Assembly (NCBI GenBank): GCA_963801355.1
Contig: CAWDEM010000008.1
Location: 768,001-832,000 of the forward strand
Direction of reading: 5' to 3'
Source of the DNA: Ignavibacteriota bacterium
GTDB taxonomy: Bacteria; Bacteroidota; Ignavibacteria; UBA10030; UBA6906
DNA: 64,000 nucleotides
Below are positions 32,078 through 40,631 of this stretch, one piece after another. A program made the position numbers and the translations under genes. Numbering within the stretch: position 1 is the stretch's first letter; each line of letters starts with the position of its first letter. The notes beneath the pieces were generated by a model. That model saw nothing but the letters and a program-made list of their open reading frames with translations. It made no database searches and was not told the origin of the DNA.

Positions 32078-32159
32078 CGAAGGCCCAGCAACCATCAACT
32101 GATTAGATGGTTGCTGGGCCTTCGAATTATCAGTTATCCATAGTCTATGGATAATTGAT
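32078..32159. repeat. Two adjacent long inverted repeats (19-bp perfect stem; 15-bp near-perfect palindrome)
   Basis: CGAAGGCCCAGCAACCATC/GATGGTTGCTGGGCCTTCG and ATCAGTTATCCATAG-T-CTATGGATAATTGAT. Confidence 0.85.
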
Positions 32160-32267
32160 CACGGCCTCCCGAGCAAATCCGTTAATGCAACCGCACTAGA
32201 GTGCGGAATCTATTGTCCTCTATTACACCGATCCGTTTGGCGCTGAGCTATTTGACGTTACTCGCCT

Positions 32268-33452
32268 CTACTCTCCAAGATCGGCGCCCGGTTTTCGTTC
32301 AGTAGCCTCCGATTTGAAGGAAACAATCGTCTGTTGATCGTCAAGCACAAATCGCATTAGTGCACGAATCTTTTCGAATTCAATGCGGTACCGGTTGATG
32401 CGCCTATTTCCTTCAGATTTGCACTCGACGAGTGCGACCGACTGAAGCCCGCCGAACCTTTTCAGGTCTTCTTGAATCTCCTTTTGCATGGGAGAGATCG
32501 ATGACCAAGTGTCAGCCTGATAGTCCCCGGCGCGCATTTTTCCGGAAATTGCATCTTCAATAACAGCACGAATATGTTTCGTGATTGTCGGCTCCGGGTC
32601 ATCGATCGAAGTCAAATCATCTATGACAAACCGTCTCATATTCATAAGCAAGGGAACGGCGGGCATGGAGAATTGTCGATGGATTTGCACCATATCAAAA
32701 TAGTGTCCGCCCCTGGCAAGTTCGGCGGCAAGATTCATCCGTATGCTATCTATTTTCTGGTGGAACTGGTACAGGTAAATGTCTCCCGACTTCAGATCGA
32801 AAATGTTGGAATATTTCGTCGCATACTTTCCCTCCTGCAAACAAGCGTGCAAGATCGATGCACCGTTGGCTGCAGTGAGTTCAGAATCCTTTGCGAAACA
32901 GTTGCGAAAAGTTTGAAATGCATACCCGAAACTCCGGCTCTGTTCAGATTTATCAATCTGCAGCTTGCCATCTTGAGCTCCTACAACAACAGACAATCCG
33001 TTTCTGTCCGCGACAAAGATTTTTGCTCGAATGAAGTCTGATTCTTTGTGCTTCTGGAAAAAAGCAATGGCATCTTCAACTGTGGCGCAGGATTCTAGCA
33101 AACGTTCTGTTGGATTACCACGAACACCAGTGGAGGGATCGGCTTGCCAGTTCTCCGCGTATCCCCCTACCCAATCGCAGGCAAGTCCTTCAGTGTTCAT
33201 TCCACCCCGCGCCCATCCGTCGTCATAGCCGACATAGACACACCCGTAGTAGCCTGCCCCCGCCGGAACGAACCAGATCCTCGTCGCAGGATTAGTCCAG
33301 TCTTCGTTATTGCAGAAGAGCACCCGACGACCCTCTGTAAGCACGAATATCGTGCAAGCTGAGCCCGGAGGTGCAAAAGAAATCATAAGTGTAATAACAA
33401 GCAGCCATCTTGCTAGGGGATGTCCCTTGTGATTACCGATGGGCCGTGGCAT
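32268..33452 (-). CDS. Ntn-hydrolase (C45/choloylglycine hydrolase-like), secreted
   Basis: Signal peptide then A-CTIF, NNED, GMNTEGL and ATVEDAI motifs; AAGGAG RBS. Confidence 0.8.
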   Translation of the reverse strand: MPRPIGNHKGHPLARWLLVITLMISFAPPGSACTIFVLTEGRRVLFCNNEDWTNPATRIWFVPAGAGYYGCVYVGYDDGWARGGMNTEGLACDWVGGYAENWQADPSTGVRGNPTERLLESCATVEDAIAFFQKHKESDFIRAKIFVADRNGLSVVVGAQDGKLQIDKSEQSRSFGYAFQTFRNCFAKDSELTAANGASILHACLQEGKYATKYSNIFDLKSGDIYLYQFHQKIDSIRMNLAAELARGGHYFDMVQIHRQFSMPAVPLLMNMRRFVIDDLTSIDDPEPTITKHIRAVIEDAISGKMRAGDYQADTWSSISPMQKEIQEDLKRFGGLQSVALVECKSEGNRRINRYRIEFEKIRALMRFVLDDQQTIVSFKSEATERKPGADLGE

Positions 33453-33769
33453 AATTGCATCTCTCCTTTCTGCTTCCCACGAATCGTGCAGGATGCGTAA
33501 CACATAACCCGTAGCTAGGTGCTACGCGCCTGTGCTGGCAAGCAAGGCGGTCGGGATGGCCTACGCGTAGCGTTCGCCTTGTCTGAACGCTGTAGAACCG
33601 TTCGTCAAGGGAACGTTAGCAGAAGTCTAGTTGGATATCGTGAGAAATGCAACCAGGCATGTTAAAGCCGTGATGCAGGAGCCAGTGTTGGCCTGTTCCT
33701 CCGTCAAACTAGCATAGATGTGACCACCATCAAAGTTCGCTGAGACCCCCATTCACCCTGCGAATCATC

Positions 33770-33967
33770 TCATTCTCTCGCGAGAGCGCGTCTTACCGAG
33801 TCCAGCAATTCCTCCATGACGCATGGCTTTGCGAAAACCTCGTATGCCCCTCGTAGCCTCGCGTTCACGGCTTCGGCTCCTCCCATTCCCGAGACAATGA
33901 TCACGGGGATATGTCTCCCCTTCTTGCAGCGTCTCATCTCCGTGAGAAGTTGCATGCCGTTCATTCC
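33770..33967 (-). pseudogene. Receiver domain remnant truncated at the att repeat
   Basis: PGMNGMQLL...IPVIIVSG...AKP; the 5' part is replaced by the 123-bp repeat. Confidence 0.72.
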
Positions 33968-34090
33968 AGGGCTGCCATTTCTGAGGTTGTAAGTCCCCAC
34001 TTTTGTCCCCACTATACGGGAAGGAAGCGGAAAAGGTAGGAAAACCAGTGCCCTCGGGCAGATTCGAACTGCCGACCTGCGGTTTAGGAA
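33968..34090 (-). repeat. 123-bp direct repeat, attL-like copy overlapping the intact tRNA
   Basis: Matches 31767-31889. Confidence 0.92.
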
Positions 34091-34124
34091 ACCGTCGCTC
34101 TGTCCATTACTGAGCTACGAGGGC
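34049..34124 (-). tRNA. tRNA-Arg(CCT), CCA not encoded
   Basis: GCCCTCGTAGCTCAGTAATGGACAGAGCGACGGTTTCCTAAACCGCAGGTCGGCAGTTCGAATCTGCCCGAGGGCA folds as a cloverleaf. Confidence 0.96.
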
Positions 34125-34141
34125 GCATTTTTTGTGACCAC

Positions 34142-34183
34142 TGGTAGCAAATAGTAGCATTTTGCTACCAGTATTTGCTACCA
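34142..34183. repeat. Four 10-bp TGGTAGCAAA-like motifs (two direct, two inverted)
   Basis: TGGTAGCAAA TAGTAGCAT TTTGCTACCA GTA TTTGCTACCA. Confidence 0.75.
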
Positions 34184-34501
34184 CCTATGCTCCGACACTG
34201 CTTGAATAATATAGGAAGGAATCGTCGGAAAAAAAAACGAAATCCTTGGTCAAGGGCTGCGTTACCCAAGTGTGGGTATCGGTCGGAGTGTGAAAGATGA
34301 GGAGACGAAACCCCTATTCCAACGTCACCCAACGCACATGCTGCCCTCTGATCGCATCCTGAAGCGATTGGCGCGGGGTCTGCGGGTCTTGCGTCGTCTG
34401 ATCATCGTGAAGTGCTCGGAAAGCTGAGCATCGAAAGCCAAGCCGCACTGGAATCGTCTACGTGAACCACACGGAATGCATACCCTGTATACCATCTGTT
34501 C

Positions 34502-34530
34502 GCGGCGTCAGGTGCAGGCGGGGGTGAGGC
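34502..34530 (-). repeat. attC half site (R''-L'' arm)
   Basis: GCCTCAC CCCCGCCTGCACCTGACGCCGC on the minus strand, similar to the arm of the full attC at 34998-35077. Confidence 0.75.
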
Positions 34531-34620
34531 CGCACCCAATGCGGTGAGAACATCGAATGGGCTATCTGCTATGGATCATTCCATTCCGGATACCTGTGAA
34601 GAGTTGTCCGATGTGGAAAG

Positions 34621-34962
34621 TCACTCCTCCTCTCTCCAATACCGAACTGTCTTCTTGATATTGTCGAAGACAACAAGACGAGCCCCGTAGTACCACGTGG
34701 TACTATCGTCGTAGACACTCGATGCAATCTTGGTCGGCCTGCCAAGGTAAGACTCTACCTGCTTGAATGCCAAGCCCCTTTTCAGTTTACTCCAGTTCGC
34801 TCGAATCTTCGTTTCGTCAGGTTTGACGCTCAATGTCATCGATAAAGAATCCGGTGTGGAGATGGTCCTTTGGACATGGCTCCCCTGCTGGGCAGAGCAA
34901 GAACTCGAAGCAATCACAGTCATGATTGCGACGATAGAACTCGCAAAGTTGAGAAATCTCAT
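34621..34962 (-). CDS. Cassette gene, secreted SmpA/BamE-like small protein
   Basis: Signal peptide; LKRGL..KQVESYLGRP...WYY motif; cassette ends TTAGGCCGCATCC / GGGTGCGGCCTCA are largely complementary. Confidence 0.65.
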   Translation of the reverse strand: MRFLNFASSIVAIMTVIASSSCSAQQGSHVQRTISTPDSLSMTLSVKPDETKIRANWSKLKRGLAFKQVESYLGRPTKIASSVYDDSTTWYYGARLVVFDNIKKTVRYWREEE

Positions 34963-34997
34963 GAGATGTCCTCACACTTGATGCTTTGCTGGATGCG

Positions 34998-35077
34998 GCC
35001 TAACGATCGCGGCTCACCGGCGCCGCTCACGTCTTTGTTCAATTCCGCGCGGCGTCAGGTGCAGCCGCTGGTTAGGT
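34998..35077 (-). repeat. Complete 80-bp integron attC site
   Basis: ACCTAAC...GTTAGGC cores; GCGGCT(G)CACC/GGTGAGCCGC stem with an unpaired base; the upstream ORF's TAA lies inside R''. Confidence 0.9.
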
Positions 35078-35689
35078 TGCCGCCTTTGCTGCCTCCTGCG
35101 GAAATCCCTTGAACCTCCCAATGACTACGATAATGGCATATATGGAAAATGCAATTGAGAGTGCTAGGAAGGTCCATGTAGCGAAACCACCTACAGTGAG
35201 CGCAATGTGAAATAGATCGCCTCTAAAGCCTGTAGCAAATCCAATGGTTTCACATACTAAGTCAAAAGTAGGTCTCAAACACAGCAACATGAAGAGAAAT
35301 CCAATGAGAAAAGCGTTACTAGAGAGTTTCCGTTGAAGAACGTAAACGCCAACTGCAATGCTCAAAAGATCGAAAAAGTAAGGCGAGATAGTCATGATCA
35401 ACTGGCTCCATTCGTTGGTGAAGCCCTCTGATTTGATCCACGCCCCACCAGTCTCTCCAGCCCAAAACCTAGGAATGAGTTTGACTTCGACAATCTGAGC
35501 ACCAACAAGGTATGCGCCAAGCAGATGGCTCAATTCATGTATAGGCGCGTAGACGAAATACCACAGTATCGGAATGGTAGACATGCACGCCACCATCGTT
35601 TGTTGTTTCCAGGTTCCCCTTAGGTAGAGCACAAGAAGGGGAGCAACGACGGTGAAGAGTATTTCGAAAGTGATCAGTAGATGGTTCAT
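35072..35689 (-). CDS. Cassette gene, M50-like membrane metallopeptidase
   Basis: HELSH motif, TMs, GD motif; cassette ends TTAGGTTGCCGCC / GGCGGCAACCTAA are perfectly complementary. Confidence 0.75.
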   Translation of the reverse strand: MNHLLITFEILFTVVAPLLVLYLRGTWKQQTMVACMSTIPILWYFVYAPIHELSHLLGAYLVGAQIVEVKLIPRFWAGETGGAWIKSEGFTNEWSQLIMTISPYFFDLLSIAVGVYVLQRKLSSNAFLIGFLFMLLCLRPTFDLVCETIGFATGFRGDLFHIALTVGGFATWTFLALSIAFSIYAIIVVIGRFKGFPQEAAKAAT

Positions 35690-35702
35690 GAAAATGGCGG
35701 CA

Positions 35703-35735
35703 ACCTAACGCGGCTCACCTGCGCCGCGAAGACGG
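35703..35735 (-). repeat. attC half site (L'-R' arm)
   Basis: TTCGCGGCGCAGGTGAGCCGC GTTAGGT on the minus strand. Confidence 0.78.
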
Positions 35736-35884
35736 TCGTGCATATTGAAAACGGTCAACTCTGCCCTGAGGCACCTGTCGACCGAGCTGCAACTCCATTC
35801 TGTACCCACCCACTGTAGCAAGAAACCTCCCCATCCCTCTGACGAAGAAGTCTCTCTATTTGTCCCATTATCCTCTCTGTCAAA

Positions 35885-36874
35885 TCACCGTTTCTTCTTG
35901 CGGCAGACGAAAGTGGCAAAATCGCTATGAAGCTCCCCCATCCTCAGAAGACTCTCCTCAATCTCGCAACAGAACCTAATGATCGAGAGCGTGTCTCGAT
36001 CTTCCTGAAGGAAGTTGTGTGCAATGTCTTTGAAGGCAAGGTGCAAAAGGGTGCCCCCGAACGGACGTTCTTCTACGACATCAAACGTTTCGCGGAGCAG
36101 CGCGGGGATGACCGAAGATTCAGCAGCTTCCGACGGGTCGTGCAGAGAGATGCTCAGACGCCCGGGTCTGTACTCCTTGGTCTTCAATTTCCCGTCAGGC
36201 CAACGTTTGCGAAAACGCTCTGGGATAAGTGAAAGAAGAGATTTCACGAGCCGAAGTTGTTGGTCAGTCCACTGAAATCGGGCAGGACCGACGAATTCTT
36301 TTAGAACGAGTAGCCCGTCCTCGGTAAGCCACTCACCAACGTGTCTTAGGATGACCTTCACTGGCGAGAGATGGTGGAGCGAATCCTCAAAGATGACGAG
36401 GTCGTAACGTCTTGGCGGAATCTGAAGTGTGAAAGCGTCGCCGGTATAGAACCTGACATTCGTCTGCACACCGAGTTGTCGAGCCCTTTCGGACGCTATC
36501 TCAATGCGTTCTTTGGATATGTCGTAAGCATCAAGGGTCGAGATTTTGCCTGTTCTGAACCACGCAAGTTCTTTGTTGCCTGCACCACATCCGAGTGACA
36601 GTGCCACCAGATTCTGACGTTGCGTCAAATAGGTGGATGCGACGTACTCACAGAACTCTCTATTTTCGTCCCCGGTAATCAAACGGTTGATGTGGCGCTG
36701 TACGAAAGGTATGTCCCACCACTGACGTGTAGGTCCCCCCGTTTGTTGCCAAGTCTCTCGTATGCGGTCCGACTTATCACCCGTAAGCTTGTGTAATGTT
36801 GCAGCGACCCCTTTTCGCTTCACAAGGGACAAGAGTGCTACAAAGTCGTGGAAGGTAATCAGGTTGTGTAGCAT
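35885..36874 (-). CDS. Class I SAM-dependent methyltransferase
   Basis: LSLGCGAG, YDIS, YDLVIFEDSLHH and EFVGP motifs. Confidence 0.9.
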   Translation of the reverse strand: MLHNLITFHDFVALLSLVKRKGVAATLHKLTGDKSDRIRETWQQTGGPTRQWWDIPFVQRHINRLITGDENREFCEYVASTYLTQRQNLVALSLGCGAGNKELAWFRTGKISTLDAYDISKERIEIASERARQLGVQTNVRFYTGDAFTLQIPPRRYDLVIFEDSLHHLSPVKVILRHVGEWLTEDGLLVLKEFVGPARFQWTDQQLRLVKSLLSLIPERFRKRWPDGKLKTKEYRPGRLSISLHDPSEAAESSVIPALLRETFDVVEERPFGGTLLHLAFKDIAHNFLQEDRDTLSIIRFCCEIEESLLRMGELHSDFATFVCRKKKR

Positions 36875-37033
36875 TGGATTGGTTGGTGCGACTCTCTAGC
36901 ACTACCTCACACTTTGGGGACGTGACAGTATTTGGGCCGAAAGGCCCGTCATCAGGCGACGATGTTGGTCCGCCACACTTCACAGGTTCGGTCGAGCGAA
37001 CATTCCGCCAAGTCCGAAGAATTTACAAAAACG

Positions 37034-37063
37034 CCCGGCGTCGGGTGCACACGCTTGATAGGC
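37034..37063 (-). repeat. attC half site (R''-L'' arm, degenerate)
   Basis: GCCTATC AAGCGTGTGCACCCGACGCCGGG, 8 bp after the stop of 37072-37575. Confidence 0.68.
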
Positions 37064-37071
37064 GGCAATTA

Positions 37072-37575
37072 TCATTCAACCAATACGCCTGAGCTTTTCA
37101 AGGAAGAATAGATTCGTGAATCATTCCTCCTGTCGATTGCGCCGTCCGCCAGTCGAATTCTGTAGGGCAGCGGTGCGACTGCCTCGATGACAGCACAGGC
37201 AGGCGGCATACTGGAAGAATATGCCCACCAAAACGTCCCGACATAGATGCGGTCATTGCCGACGGTTACTACGAATGGAACACCGCTTGTTCTTCTATGA
37301 GATATTAGGAATCGCTCGTATGTAGTTCGCGACTCGTCCGTGAGTTCAAATGCATGTGTTGACCAGACGTAAGATGTCAGGTCGTTGAGTGATAGAAAAG
37401 CTGAAGTGGTGAGGGTCAGACTGTCGATCGGTTGCAAGAAAGCACCGCCAGCAGTAATTGTCGAGTCTTTTAGAAGATAGATGCCGAATGTTTCTTGAGA
37501 GGCTTGGTCGTTTGATGTTGAGTGAGTGCATGACAAAAGAATCAGAGACGTTGACATTAATACTATGTTTCGCAT
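37072..37575 (-). CDS. Cassette gene, hypothetical lipoprotein
   Basis: LLSC lipobox; GGAGG RBS; cassette ends TAGGTGGCA / TGCCGCCTA are complementary. Confidence 0.75.
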   Translation of the reverse strand: MRNIVLMSTSLILLSCTHSTSNDQASQETFGIYLLKDSTITAGGAFLQPIDSLTLTTSAFLSLNDLTSYVWSTHAFELTDESRTTYERFLISHRRTSGVPFVVTVGNDRIYVGTFWWAYSSSMPPACAVIEAVAPLPYRIRLADGAIDRRNDSRIYSSLKSSGVLVE

Positions 37576-37607
37576 GACAGTGTCCTCCCTGACTATCTGA
37601 GACTGCC

Positions 37608-37637
37608 ACCTACCGTCCGGGGCTCACCTGCGCCGCG
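37608..37637 (-). repeat. attC half site (L'-R' arm)
   Basis: CGCGGCGCAGGTGAGCCCCGGAC GGTAGGT on the minus strand. Confidence 0.72.
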
Positions 37638-37674
37638 ATCTCAATTGTGCACATTGAAGGAACAACTTCAAGGT

Positions 37675-37872
37675 CTATGCTTGTTTCTGTCTTCCTCTGA
37701 GTGCAGTGATTATGCTGGTCAATCCTGCACCGAAAACCGCTCCGCATGCGAACAATCCCAGTATTTGCACAGTCCTCACATTTTCCGTGAACATTATCAA
37801 CCCCATTGCAGCAAACGCTACCATGAGGGCGACGCTCCTCCAAATCACGTTCATTTGCATTTCGTTCTCCAT
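37675..37872 (-). CDS. Small two-TM membrane protein
   Basis: Two hydrophobic helices; has its own candidate promoter; start codon uncertain. Confidence 0.55.
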   Translation of the reverse strand: MENEMQMNVIWRSVALMVAFAAMGLIMFTENVRTVQILGLFACGAVFGAGLTSIITALRGRQKQA

Positions 37873-37934
37873 CTGGTTGTGATGCTGACGCTTCAGAAGA
37901 GCGCCTGAGTTCGGTAGGACATTGCAGGTGGGAT

Positions 37935-37963
37935 AATATACTGCCCATCGAACGCAACGTCAA
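37935..37963 (-). promoter_or_regulatory. Sigma70-type promoter TTGACG-N17-TATATT
   Basis: Read directly from the minus strand. Confidence 0.55.
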
Positions 37964-38044
37964 CACTTTGCCCGGCGATGGCGTAGCAAGGGAAAGGCCC
38001 GGAGTATATTCCGAGCCTTGTCCTCACCCTATCAACGGCAACCG

Positions 38045-38917
38045 TCATCGCAACAACAAGAGCCGCTTGGTTTCCATATGCGATCCCGCTTGCATCCTGT
38101 AGAAGTATACTCCGCTCGATAGCCCAACCCCATCGAACTTCACATCATGAAAACCTGCCTTCATCTCGCCATTGACGAGTTGCGCGACCTGCTGGCCGAG
38201 GGTGTTGAAGATTGTCAAGATCACGTGCGAACGACTGGGCAGGCCGTAGCGGATCGTAGTCGAGGGGTTGAAGGGGTTGGGGTAGTTCTGATGCAATTGA
38301 AAATCCCCCGGCTGCGTTTTGTTGTCTGACACGTGGAGCGATGTTCCGTATTCCTTGCCGTTGATTCGAGCGTAGAGGAGAGCCGACCTATAGGGCCATC
38401 CGGTTTCAACGAACTCCCTGACGAGCCCGAAGTCGTATCCATAACGCAGTGATTGCCCAGTCCAGCCCCCGCTTACAACTATAGTGGGAACACCTAACAC
38501 GGTATCAGGGCGTGTGCCAGCGTACCACCAGAGAGGGACGGTGGACTCGTGTGTTGAGTCGATGTACCTGCACACGTTGCCTGACGCAGAATCCAACCGG
38601 TATAAGCCCGATGCAATCGACGACTCACAATATAAAGGTTTATCACTTTCCTTAAGAAATAAAGAATACTTCACCCCATTTTGCATAACCGTATCCGAGA
38701 CTATTCGGAGCCACATGTAACATATGTGGAGGGGTGGATTTGCAATATAGTTTCCCCATTCAAATTGCCATTCATCACCGACATGCGTGGGGAAGAACGC
38801 GCATAGAGAATCGGGAGAGACACGCTGCGCCGGCGAAGAGGCACTGCAAAGGACGAATACGAAGCCAACTGCGACGAACCAGCGTCGTATTGCAGACCGA
38901 GAGGTTCCCCCTTTCAT
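38045..38917 (-). CDS. Secreted protein with T9SS type A sorting domain
   Basis: GGAGGAGGG RBS before ATG 38917; signal peptide; C-terminal QNYPNPFNPSTTIRY...SSGVYFYR. Confidence 0.88.
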   Translation of the reverse strand: MKGGTSRSAIRRWFVAVGFVFVLCSASSPAQRVSPDSLCAFFPTHVGDEWQFEWGNYIANPPLHICYMWLRIVSDTVMQNGVKYSLFLKESDKPLYCESSIASGLYRLDSASGNVCRYIDSTHESTVPLWWYAGTRPDTVLGVPTIVVSGGWTGQSLRYGYDFGLVREFVETGWPYRSALLYARINGKEYGTSLHVSDNKTQPGDFQLHQNYPNPFNPSTTIRYGLPSRSHVILTIFNTLGQQVAQLVNGEMKAGFHDVKFDGVGLSSGVYFYRMQAGSHMETKRLLLLR

Positions 38918-38992
38918 ATTCCCTCCTCCAGAGGACATAAGAATGTACGCTGCCATTTCGGTAGTGTCAAATAGCAGTGCGCAGTCTCCTGC

Positions 38993-39020
38993 CGGCGTCA
39001 GGTGCAGGCGGGGGTCAGGG
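38993..39020 (-). repeat. attC half site (R''-L'' arm)
   Basis: CCCTGAC CCCCGCCTGCACCTGACGCCG, almost identical to 34502-34530; stop of ORF 39015-39275 lies in R''. Confidence 0.75.
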
Positions 39021-39275
39021 CGCTGATGGCTCCATAATCTGTCTGACGATGTCCGCATGACCCCACAGGGTACTGAGTTTGAACCTCTTCCCCATGACTA
39101 CTATCTCTATGCCATCAGGTGTTGACTGGCTAGCGTTTGAAGCGGCTCCGATGACAGCTAGAAGCGTACCAAAAATGAAAGTCTTCGGCAGACACCACAT
39201 TGTGTCGCTGATAGTGACAGGTTGACTCGGTTCAACAAACCTAATCGTTTTAGGAATTTCGGCCTCATGAAGCAT
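39015..39275 (-). CDS. Hypothetical protein or cassette remnant
   Basis: Stop codon coincides with the attC inverse core; no recognisable motif. Confidence 0.3.
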   Translation of the reverse strand: MLHEAEIPKTIRFVEPSQPVTISDTMWCLPKTFIFGTLLAVIGAASNASQSTPDGIEIVVMGKRFKLSTLWGHADIVRQIMEPSAP

Positions 39276-39278
39276 GAC

Positions 39279-40172
39279 TCATTTGCGGTGATAAGATGTA
39301 TTCGTCTGCCTCCGTATGAGAGCGCCGCCCACGCGGCTGCCATTATCTTCCTCCTTTTCCTTTGTCATCCTGTCTAGACTCCATTTTGTTTCCAATGCTT
39401 CTATGATTCCATACCCTGCTGTGCAAAGAGCCACTCCCCTAGAGGCATCAGTAGAGTCAGTGAGAATTGCACTCACTACACCCAGAACTCTGAAAGTGGA
39501 GTCTTTTCTCATCAAGACAGGTGAACCACTGATTCCCGGAGCACCTGTGATATTGGCAAAGAAATCAACTTTGAATTTCTCCTTGGTGCGACTATCTGTG
39601 AATGTCTTAGGCGGTGCAAAGAATCCTCCGAATTTTCCAGAAGGAACCCAATAGCAATTCTTCCAACTCTTTACACTATCTGGAAACATTCCAATGAAGA
39701 AAATATCTTGACCTGATTGTAGACTGTCATACTCTGACTTCACAACTATGTCTTCTAGTTCAAATCCATGGGATACATGCTTCTGTATGTCCTGAACTCC
39801 AAAGTTGTTATCAATGACAAGAACATCCAGCAATGAATCTTGGGGTACTATATGTCTTCTCCCTCTAAAATGGGATGAAAACTGAGACCCATTAGCCATC
39901 ACATATAGCAGTCCCTTCTGATTCTTAGAATCATGTGTCCGAAGGACGTGTTTGGCGGTGACAATATAGGCATGCTTGATGTCACCAGTGTCCAGAAAGA
40001 AACCTGTAGCTGCTGGGAAGTTCCATTCCTTCTGATATCGAGCACCGGCGTCAGGTCTCTTGAAGAGAATTACCTTCTCCAAGAGAGAATCTGGTGGTGT
40101 TTGAGAAAGGCACGAAGTAGACCAGAATACTAGTCCAGTTAACAATGGAGTCAGACATCGCAGACTATTCAA
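39279..40172 (-). CDS. Trypsin-like serine protease, secreted
   Basis: VTAKHV, LDVLVI and GISGSPV triad motifs; AGGAGG RBS before TTG. Confidence 0.85.
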   Translation of the reverse strand: MNSLRCLTPLLTGLVFWSTSCLSQTPPDSLLEKVILFKRPDAGARYQKEWNFPAATGFFLDTGDIKHAYIVTAKHVLRTHDSKNQKGLLYVMANGSQFSSHFRGRRHIVPQDSLLDVLVIDNNFGVQDIQKHVSHGFELEDIVVKSEYDSLQSGQDIFFIGMFPDSVKSWKNCYWVPSGKFGGFFAPPKTFTDSRTKEKFKVDFFANITGAPGISGSPVLMRKDSTFRVLGVVSAILTDSTDASRGVALCTAGYGIIEALETKWSLDRMTKEKEEDNGSRVGGALIRRQTNTSYHRK

Positions 40173-40316
40173 GGTTTTCCTCCTAATCGTCTTATCAACT
40201 CCTCCCGTGGTTCAACCCAATGCTCCACGAATGATGCGGTCACCTCAAATCTCTTCAGCAGAAAATACTTCCCCGTATATCCCAAATGAACAACAATTAA
40301 CCAATGCCACCTTGAT

Positions 40317-40622
40317 TTACACCTGTGAGATTCCGGGGTCAGATGACTTATTGCGGAGGGCTTCAGCGGCCAATAAACCCACAGCGTCCTTGAAATCATA
40401 GCAGCAACAGTCATAGACGTCATAACCTGATCGGTTTTGGGAAGCTGAAAATGAAACGGGTGCTCTGCATTGATTTCCGTGCTCTTTGCATACTGCGGTT
40501 TCGGCGAATTTATTGAACGCATCTGTAGTGCGTGTTAGGAAAGTGCGGTCGCGCCAGTCTTTGATTGCAGACAAATGGGGATCGTTCCCATGTTCGGTTT
40601 GATAAGTGGTGTGGATCATCAA
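40317..40622 (-). CDS. Hypothetical Cys-containing protein
   Basis: ORF abuts the upstream gene; CKEHG and CCC motifs. Confidence 0.5.
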   Translation of the reverse strand: MMIHTTYQTEHGNDPHLSAIKDWRDRTFLTRTTDAFNKFAETAVCKEHGNQCRAPVSFSASQNRSGYDVYDCCCYDFKDAVGLLAAEALRNKSSDPGISQV

Positions 40623-40631
40623 AGGGATTCC

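Larger units (their letters stand above)
25387..34090. mobile_element. Tandem integrase-less islets at the tRNA-Arg(CCT) 3' end
   Basis: Three copies of the tRNA 3' half, all diverging at the anticodon loop; no integrase between them. Confidence 0.7.
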
